Source: Massalongia carnosa
Lineage: Eukaryota
DNA length: 64,000 bases
Direction of reading: 5' to 3'
NCBI GenBank assembly: GCA_965645245.1
Contig: OZ287074.1
Location: forward strand, 744,001 to 808,000
Position 1 is the first letter of the stretch, and each line of letters opens with the position of its first letter. The position numbers and the translations under genes were made by a program. The notes under the pieces are model-generated. The model ran no database searches, was not told the origin of the DNA, and worked only from the letters and a program-made list of their open reading frames with translations. Shown here piece by piece: positions 25,122 to 34,522 of this stretch.

Positions 25122-25329
25122 CCAAGACAGAAAATTTTGGCATGGAGCTGTTTGAAGGGAAGGAAAGGAAAGGAAAGGAAAGAAAATAATAGTGGGGGAG
25201 GGGCAGATTTCAATCTGCATTGCAAGCTGATTTTTCGCATCACATTTCCCAGTTTGTTCCCTCATATATGCTCTGCAACAGCAACATAACTCCCGCTTTA
25301 CAAAACCATGGAATAACATCAAACTCACT
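25122..25329. promoter_or_regulatory. Short divergent (probably bidirectional) promoter between TYW1 and the PQ-loop gene
   Basis: Only 208 bp separate the two inferred head-to-head start codons. Contains a (GGAAA)n tract at ~25156-25185. Confidence 0.5.
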
Positions 25330-26461
25330 ATGTCAATAGGAAACTCTTCCCTTAAAATGCTACCAAACTGCACTTCCCTCGCCTCCCCCAGCTACACCAA
25401 CTTCGCCCTATCCATGTCTGTTCCTCCCCCTATTTTCCCCTTTTGCGGAAAAAATAAAATAATAACCCCTAGCTAACCCCTAACGCTCAAAACAGTCTCA
25501 TCCTGTTTGGTATTCTCATCTCCTACCTCCCGCAACACCACCGCATCATCTCACGGCGTACCTCGGCCGGGATTTCGCCCTACTTCGTCTTGCTGGGAAC
25601 CACGTCCGGGACCTGCGCGTTTGCCAACATCCTCACGCTGCCGGCCAGCCGCGCGGATCTGGCTTGCTGTGCGGACGTGAGCGGGTTCGAGTGCGCAGCG
25701 GGCCTGCTAGGAATTGCGCAAGTAGGCGTACAATGGTCGTGTTTCGCTGTCATGTAGGTCGGCGTGAATTTTTCGTTTTTGTGGGGGGGAAAAGCTCGAT
25801 TGCAAAACCCCCCTTTCTTCTTCTCCTTGCCGGACGAAGTCAATGGCAAGGAAAAAATTCGACCGATCAAATAATTATCCTCATACTAACACCCACTTCC
25901 ACCAGCCTTCTCCTCTTCCTCATCTTCTTCCCCAAAGCTATTCCTCCCCTCCCGCCCACCTCGCACCAACCCAGCTATCGCACCGCTCTCCTGATCGCCC
26001 TTACGTGCACCTTCCACGCCCTCGCCGTCCTCCTTATCAGCACCGCAGTCCTCTACCTCTCCCCGCAGCACTTACAACCCTGGGCCAATACGCTGGGTAT
26101 CTTCGCCACGGCGCTCGCGGCCGTACAGTTTCTGCCGCAGCTCGTGACGACGTGGCGGCTGCAGGCCGCCGGCAGCCTTAGCGTGCCGACCATGTTCATT
26201 CAGACGCCCGGGAGCTTTGTGTGGGCGGGCAGCTTGGCAGCGCGGTTGGGTCCCGCAGGATGGAGCACGTGGGGGATTTATTTGGTCACGGGATGTTTAC
26301 AGGGCGGGCTGCTGGCCATGTGCATTGGGTTTGGGGTTAGGGATTGGAGGGAGAGGGAGAGAAAGAAGAGGGGAGGGGAAGGGGAGGGGGAGGATCAGGG
26401 GGAAGGGAATGGCCGGGCTATGGACGGTGAGAATACGGCGTTATTGGGGAATGAACGGTGA
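25330..26461 (+). CDS. PQ-loop repeat membrane protein; 3 exons
   Basis: Exons 25330-25415, 25496-25753 and 25906-26461 give ISYLPQHHRII...GISPYFVLLG and QFLPQLVTTW...GSLSVPTMFIQTPG (two PQ loops) plus hydrophobic helices. Confidence 0.92.
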
Positions 26462-27339
26462 ATTTACACCCACATAGGCCGGGCGTTGGATATAACATAA
26501 ATTTCTCTATAGAGATATGTATAAACCTCCGTGCATAAACCTTCTGCTGAACTCTTGAACCTCCAGCATCCAGCTCTCCTCCTCCCTCCTCCCCCATCCC
26601 ATAGTATCTTTCCAACCTCTTAACGGAATCCTTTTCTTTTATTCCAGGCCCCAAAAACGCCAAAGGGGTAGGGGGGTGGGGGACGTTAAGGAGGGAAGAG
26701 GAGGAGGGAATGTGAATGTGTGCTTAGTCTTGAGTTATATTTGGAAAGGGAAGGGGTTTGAGGGGGGGGGGTTGATGTGATTGGAGGAAAGTGGGCGGTT
26801 TATTGGGAGAAGGGGGATATAATGGAGTTGAGGAGGGGGAAGTGGAAGGATACATGTATAGATAATTCTTTTGTTTCTATATCTTTGAGAAGTAACAGAG
26901 TATCTATAGAATCAATCAATCATAATGACGAGGAGCGGGCGTGTGTGGTCCACAAATGTGCAAAAGCTGCGGAATTGCCAAGGGAGATATCAGCCTAATG
27001 AGGGAGAAGAGAGAGAGAGAGAGAGAAAAGCTTCATGGGAAGTAGGTTTCTTTTGAGATGTGGATGTATAAGGGTGAAGATATTTTGGGGGTGCAGTACA
27101 TGAATCTGCGAGTCTGGTTGAGCTTCGGTTATTTGAAGTAGAAAGTCAGGAGTCCAGGGATTCTTGACTTTAAAAGTGTCTTGAACCTAAAACCCATTGA
27201 CTTTTGAAATGGAATTTCAAGCCGTTGATAACCGCGTTTGTCCCTAACTTGACGATATTACTTTGAAACATTGAAATTTGTGAAAATTTCTCCATATTGA
27301 AAACGTTTATATTTGTGGCAAGGGCAATCAAAAATCTAG

Positions 27340-28030
27340 AAACGCAGGACGGAGAAGAAGCGCAGGTTCCCGAATATCCAAGGTAAGCACCCTCATCTGT
27401 AGAAAGGGAAGGTTTCGAATCGCGGCGGACCTCAGCGCAAGGACAAGCCCCGGACATTCTTCCGGGTGAAACATCGGGTCGTTCCATTAAACGCCCGACT
27501 TCTGACAAGCTTTCCCCTGATCTAGGAAAAAGACAAGTCACAGGAATATCAGACGTACAGCTTGATGACCATGAAGATGAATGAAAAAAGTGAGCTACCT
27601 TGGTGTTCACTTTATAGGTTGACAGCACGCCAAACGACCGCTGTCTCCTCACATCTTCGGTGAACGAGGAAGAAAACTTTTCTTCGCACCTGCATACGAG
27701 ATGTCAAGGGCGTGACGGCGGCAACCATGATCGAAGATAGCGAGGCTCATTCGATGGTGTGATTCTTCTCATGCGCTCCGATGATGGCAGGCCTAGCTCC
27801 ACGAAACAGCGTACTGAGTACCGCAGTATGATTCCAAGCCCATTGCGCCCTCTTCCAACAATCGACTAATGCTATCATTGCTTTCCGAAGGCGCATGCGA
27901 GCGTGAACTGCTGGGAATGCGTTGAAACCAGTAGAACAAAGGCAACCCAAGGAAAACAGCGCTTCTTCCAATGCAGAGATCCCTCTCTAGGGAGTGTTGG
28001 CAATGCGTCGAACTTCGTCATGAGCAGTAT
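27340..28030 (+). pseudogene. Stop-interrupted hydrophilic reading frame, probable gene relic
   Basis: A long protein-like frame (ETQDGEEAQVPEYPR*APSSVERE...DHEDE*KK*) broken by isolated stops that could be single C>T changes from CAA/CGA/CAG. No family recognised. Confidence 0.25.
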
Positions 28031-28926
28031 CCAGAGAAGGGTCAACACAACGCTGTGTACTCTGTATCCAGATACCGTATGTGTTATATTCTGTAACTAA
28101 GTCTTTTCAGATGCAGAATGCACTATTTGAAAGCACTCTGTACTCTGTACTGAGATGACATCAGCAGTTTGCATATTTGCATAAGACCACCGTTATCGAA
28201 GGTTGTGCGTCATCGTTAAGCTTTTCCTCGCAATGCAGCTCTCAAGCATCCTCGTGATAGTGACTACTCTGTACAGAGCACCTCTTTGCGGTTTGTGTGA
28301 GAAGGGAGACGATGGATATACAACAGTACCCGAGTCCGGCGTGGGTATTGCTCTCGCGAATTGGTATCGATGTATCGATGTGGCGTACACTAGGTACCGT
28401 TACGGATGGATCAACGGTCCTCGGTAGTGCGTGCATGCGTACTACTAGGTACTCGATGCTCTGTACGAAGTACTATATACTCTGTACTTTGTATAGATAA
28501 GTATAATATGTCAAGTAAGAAGAGGGGGGCTCGAAGGCTGAATCAAGGATGGTAATTTATTTGGTATTTGATAGCTATTCTAGGTTAGACGCATGAAAGC
28601 GCAAGGATGGAATTGGCGAAACAGCTGCGCAAGCAGGGGTTTGGCATCAGACATCTCAGACATGCCGACTTTCATTGATTCTACCCCATGTCATTGGTGC
28701 CAACATCCGTCGACCCATTGGATAGCCCGCGTTTGACGTTTCGAGTTATCGAAGCAATCTGGAATTCGACGGGCGACCTTTGCTTGGCCGTTTGCGCGGT
28801 TACCTGTCGGTTAACTCGTAATACTTGAGCTAGACAGCTAGACAGGCCTGTTCGGCATCACCACGCTCAATGGATGGAGGGAATTCAAGGAGCCCGCCAG
28901 GTATAAAGTACGTGTCCTGTCCAATG

Positions 28927-28962
28927 GTCATCGGATGGGTCATCGGATGGATCATCGGATGG
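28927..28962 (+). repeat. Tandem 12-mer (R)TCATCGGATGG x3
   Basis: gtcatcggatgg gtcatcggatgg atcatcggatgg read directly. Confidence 0.9.
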
Positions 28963-29905
28963 ATGATGATGGGTTTATTTTTAAGAATCGAATGGTCAGT
29001 GCCTTGTTCCCAGCGACTCGGATGACCCTGGAAGCCTGGAAGGAGGACGCGGAAGTGGCGAAGAGAGGTCGGCGAGGATGGGCAAACCCAACGAGTCCTT
29101 TTCATCTCGGTTCTGCGATAAGTGCTGCGTACTGTGTACGAGATGTGTAGAAACGTAGCGACTGGAGTGGACCAAACGTGTTGACTCTGACGATGTGCCG
29201 CGTCGCCCCTGCGCTTGGTAATTGGCACCTCTGCACATCAAGAGTACTTCGGTAATAGAGGTACAGAATAGTTAGGGATACTGCATGGTTGTTGGTCCCC
29301 GTCTACTCCGTACAGAGTACTCGGTAACTAATCGGGAATAACGTAATCCCCCCCCGTTTCGGCCTCACGATCACATTCACCTCCTGAACGAGCGTTTCTT
29401 TGTCTTCACATCCTGTCATCCTGCCAGTCCTGACATTTCTCATTTTCGCCCTACACCCACTTTCCTTGTTCCTGTCCTCTTCCTTCTTTCTATCCATGCT
29501 AACCACCTGATCCTTTCTTCCTTTTATTCATCCACTTCTCTCCCTCGTTCCTTTCTGGTACCAGCTCATTCAAAAGCCTAGGCCTTTGCACATCGATTTC
29601 TTTGAAAGATCCTCGACGGATTCCACTCTCATTCACTTGCTTCCGTGTCAAAGAGCTAGAGCTGTCAACAAGGCGCTTATTAACCCCCCAGTCGTCACTT
29701 CGGCACACACAACCGGTTGACCTCGCTGTTCCCCTCACGAGCACATCATCATACATATACTTCTTCCCTCTTCGAGATCCAGCCATCTCGCACACTCCTT
29801 TAAACCACCTTGATTCTCTGGATACTCCCCTTGGACTTGTTGATCAAGTCGTGCCAAAGCTTACACTTCTTCACTCAAGAGCGCAACGACATCAATACCT
29901 TCAAC

Positions 29906-31533
29906 ATGCACCTTAACATCAAAGGTTTACTGCTAGCGGTGGCAGCTGCTCAAGCCGTGAAAGCCCACACTCTCTTCACCAACTTCTACGTCGACGATGT
30001 TAATCAGGGAGACGGCACCTGTGTCCGCATGAGCAACAACGACGCGACGGCCACCAACCCTGTGCATGGCATCGATAGCAACGATATGGCGTGTGGTAAG
30101 TGTCATTAAACCCAGATCCCCCAAATTCCTCCATCCTTTGCTCTGCAGCTGCCCTGTTAGGAGCAACCCATTACTGTTTATGATTGACTTTTTGCATTTT
30201 ATTGCTAACATCAGCTAGGCGTCAATGGTCAGAACGGTGTGGCTCGTGTTTGCGGTGTAAAGGCAGGCGCTAAACTTACCTTCGAATATCGCTTCTGGCC
30301 CGATGGCTCGCAGCCGGGCGCCATCGATAAGAGTCATAAAGGCCCATGCGAGGTGTACATGAAAAAGGTTGACTCTGCCATCAAGGACGAAGCCATTGGA
30401 GGTGGATGGTTTAGCATTTACCGTGAAGATTACACCAAGGACTGGTGTACCATGAGACTGAAGGACAACGGAGGCCATCTTTCGGTTACTCTTCCGAAAG
30501 ATCTTGCGGGAGGGTACTACCTTGTTCGACCCGCGCTCCTCGCATTACACCAGGCGGATAAATCTCCACCGGACCCACAGTTCTACGTTGGGTGCGCTCA
30601 GATTTTCCTCGACTCCGATGGAACCGCCACACCCAAAAACACGGTCTCTATTCCAGGATATGTCAGTTTCAAGGATCCGGCTATGACTTACCACGTCTGG
30701 GATGAGCAACTCAAATTACCCTTCCAATGGTTCGGTGCCACCCCTTATGTTAGCGGCTCTAGCTCCAAGCGTGCTCTGGGTGCTCTGAGTGCTCGTGCCA
30801 CCCAAAAACAGACGGAAGGCCTCAAGCCAGCGGGCTGTCTGATTCTGAACAACAACTGGTGCGGTGTAAATCTTCCAAGCTCGTCAGATGAAGGGAGCTG
30901 TTGGAAGGTGTGTTCAGATATCTGTCCCCCCCTCGACTACTTATACACTTACACGTGTTTCTAGTCTTCTCAAAACTGCTTTGACCAGCTCACGGAATGC
31001 TACAATACTGCCGGCCCGACTGGTCATAAAGGTTGCACGGCCTGGGAATCCTATTGTGGGGCCGTTCAAGATGCCTGTAAGGCGGGGAAATTCAATGGAC
31101 CACCATCCGCCGACTCTTACGTGCCTGCACAGCCTGCTAACCTAAAGGACACATCCAACTCGCCCGCACCAGATGTTATGGACGACAATGGTGCTTCGGA
31201 TTCTGTTAACTCTTATTCATCTCCTTCTCCTACTCCTTCCGCTCCAGACACGCAGCCTTCCGGAAAGGCTGCTGATGGCAGCTCGGAAGATACCTGTGGG
31301 AGCAACAACGGCGAGCTGACTTGCAAGTCTGGATTGTGTTGCTCAGCTCATGGGTATGCTTTTACCTGATCTGTTGACTACGATAGTTGAACTGACTGTT
31401 TCCCAGATACTGCGGTACATCCCAAGACTATTGTGGCGAGGGTTGCCAATCCGGTTTCGGTACTTGCTCTGGCAGCAACAAGCATCGTCGCGAATACAAA
31501 AGACATATGCATATGCATGCATGGTCGGTGTAA
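29906..31533 (+). CDS. Secreted AA9 (GH61) lytic polysaccharide monooxygenase + Cys-rich module + linker + CBM18 (hevein) domain; 4 exons
   Basis: Exons 29906-30095, 30219-30907, 30965-31353 and 31407-31533. Signal peptide then His1 (VKA|HTLF), SHKGP and ALHQA...PQFYVGCAQI. C-terminal [40 protein letters not shown] is a hevein pattern. Confidence 0.93.
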
Positions 31534-32095
31534 ATGATTCTCCTCCCCCCCCAAATCATTGAAGGAAGTTGGAGCTTTATGCTGTACACAATATCAATAA
31601 AGGGTGGTACGGAGGCTGGCCGAGTTCAATTCTTGTCCATACATACTCGTCTTGGGGCTGGCTCATTCTGTTTAACGAAGGGGGTTAATGAAAGCAAAGA
31701 AATAACGATGTTGCGACGGGCAAAGTGGAAAAAGTAGTGTTTGTGTCAGGTAGTCCATAGGATATCTGTGGACAGAACTCAACAAAGTAGTCCAGAAAAT
31801 ACTTTTTTTCAAAAACATTCCACAATGAGAAACTTTACCTCTATATTGATTAAATTTTTATTGCTTCACCTTCCTATATGTAGGAGTTCAGCGTCCTCTA
31901 ACCACCGTAAAGCATTAAATCTATCGTGTTGGAGGAAGCAGCTCTTAGACGATCTACGTTGAAAGAAGCGGGGAGATTTCACGTTCTACCCCGCTTCATT
32001 ACACCATTTGTTTTCCTACTTCCCACAAAAACACAAGTACTTTCTCACGAACCTGCTGATTGGCGAGTGGAATTCCTACTATCAAGCTTTACAAT

Positions 32096-34262
32096 ATGAC
32101 ATCCGCCGCGATCGAGATTCCTCCGTCAAATCAAATTTTGCCGGGCTCTCATCACCTGTCCCATGTGACTTGGCCAAAACCGTTCTCCACGCTTTCTGTA
32201 GATGCAGGGAAAGTAGCCGTTGATTGGGTTTCATCCTTCAATAATCTTATAAAAAAGACGGACTATGATGTATCGGGATTGTTTTTAAAGGAGTCACACT
32301 GGAGAGATTTACTTTGCCTAACATGGGACTTTCATAATCTTCAAGGACCGGAGAAGATCATATCTTTGGTGAAGAATCATGCCAAACAATGGCGGATCAA
32401 TTCTCTTAACATTGATACCTCCAGTGAAGTTAAGAAGCCTGCTATAGCGCCCGTCAATGCCAAAGGGGATCTGAAAGGCGTCCAGTCCTTTCTTACCATC
32501 GATACTGATGTTGGAAGAGGCAGAGGTTTGGTAAGACTACTGCCGGATCCGCAAGATGAAGGGAAATGGAAGGCCTTCACTCTATTTACCACGCTTCAAG
32601 AGTTGAAAGGGCATGAAGAATCCATCAATCACCGGAGACCTACCGGGGTGGAACATGGCTCTCAACCTGATCGTAAGAATTGGAAGGAAAGGAGAGCGGC
32701 TGAAGTAGAGTTTGAAGGAGGCCTTGAGCCTACTGTTCTCATAATTGGTATTGTTCTCACCGAGCTTCAGCTCACCAGAGCTAAGGATAAAAAGGTGCGG
32801 GCCAGGGAGGTTTGACCTCAGCCGCCCGATTGAAGCAACTCGGGGTGGACACTCTGGTTGTGGATAAAATAGCTCGTATTGGAGATAATTGGCGAAATCG
32901 ATATCGTCAGCTAGTACTTCATGACACAGTCTGGTGAGATTAAAAGCGTTGACGCCTTTATCAATTGTTTGATGTGCCGCTCATGAAAATCATCAGGTAT
33001 GATCAAATGCCGTACCTGAGTTTCCCACCCAATTGGCCGGTATAGTGCTAAATCTATGCTCCGCCACCCTCGGAAGCTGAAATGTTTCAGGTGTTCACAC
33101 CCAAGGATAAGCTTGCGGAATGGTTCGAATTTTACGCCAAAGTAATGGAACTCAATGTTTGGACAAAGACCACTGTCAAAGAGCCCAAGTGGGATGACGC
33201 CAATCAAAAGTGGACCGTGAAACTCGAGCGTGAAACGGATGGAAAAACGGAAACCCGTCAGCAAGCTCACGACCTTTCCCTGGTGCAAGAAAGCGCTGAT
33301 TCTTTCCAGGTACACTTCATCCCCGGCACGTGATTCAGGCGACTGGCCACTCCGGCGATGCATACATCCCTCCCAATCTTAAAGGCCTCGACGATTTCAA
33401 AGGCGATCGTCTAGTGCATTCATCCCAATTCACCGGTCCTGCAGATAACGGCAAAGGCAAGAAAGCTGTGATTGTAGGCTGCTGCAACTCTGGCCATGAC
33501 ATTGCTCAAGACTATTACGAGCATGGGTATGCCGTTACGATGATTCAGCGAAGTAGTACACTTGTCACTACAAGCAAAACCCTCTTCGACGGGTTCGCAG
33601 GACTGTATGATGAGAATGGGGTAAAGTGCCCGCTCGCTGATGAAGCTTTCTAAGACTAGAGGTACTAATTTATATAGCCACCGACTGAAGATGCCGACCT
33701 GATCAATATGTCATTTCCTAACCCAGTAATGAAGCGCTTCCACATGGACGCGAATGAAGAGATGATTCGACGCGATGCTGCGCTCTATCGCGATCTCATT
33801 GCTGCGGGTTTCGCTCTCGATAAAGGACCGGATGGGGCTGGCCTCTTCATGAAGTATTTACATCGTGGTGGTGGCTACTATATTGACGTAGGGGCATCAC
33901 GGCTTATTGCAGATGGAAAAATCAAGATCAAACAAGGACAAGAAATCAGCCAGATCAACGCTCACAGCATCAGTTTTGCCGACGGCACTGAGCTCGAGGC
34001 GGATGAGATTGTGCTCGCCACGGGCTTCCAGAACATGCGGGAGATGGCGAGGAGAATTTTCGGGGACGAGCTGGCAGATCGGGTCGGCGATGTATGGGGT
34101 TTCGACGAGGAGGGAGAGACAAGGAACATTTGGCGACGCACAGGACATGCTGGGTTTTGGTTCTTTGGAGGGAATCTCGCGCTTTGCAGATTTTATTCGA
34201 GGATTTTGGCGCTGCAGATCAAGGCATTGGAGGAGGGAATTATGAAGTATGATGATGCTTAG
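32096..34262 (+). CDS. Flavin-containing monooxygenase (class B, with N-terminal extension; FMO/YUCCA-like); about 6 exons
   Basis: LIIGAGQGGL (FAD motif, across an intron), GDNWRNRY..LVLHD, ATGHSG, HSSQF, VIVGCCNSGHDIA (NADPH motif), GGGYYIDVG, VLATGF and GGNLALCRFYS. Confidence 0.93.
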
Positions 34263-34336
34263 CATGTATAGCGTAAACAATATTGACCCATGTGCACGGA
34301 GGCAATCCGATCAGTCTCAAAAGCTAAAGTTGACTA

Positions 34337-34386
34337 ATCGTCGGCTAGTCGCTCGCTTAATCCTCTCCCTCCAAGAAGCATTCGCT
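34337..34386 (+). repeat. Left terminal inverted repeat (50 bp)
   Basis: ATCGTCGGCTAGTCGCTCGCTTAATCCTCTCCCTCCAAGAAGCATTCGCT, the exact reverse complement of 37585-37634. Confidence 0.97.
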
Positions 34387-34522
34387 TCTAGTCGGGGAAA
34401 GCAAACTTCGTAGGAAAGCACCACCACTGCATAATTTAAATTACTATCAGATTTACTATCATATTATTATATTATTATCACATCGTTAAATTACTATTGC
34501 CGCTTTAATAAAGAGCTGAAAC

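Noticed and set aside
14949..34262. TauD + LPMO + FMO as a secondary-metabolite cluster
   Set aside because: The genes are far apart, interleaved with housekeeping genes, and there is no PKS, NRPS, terpene synthase or cluster regulator.
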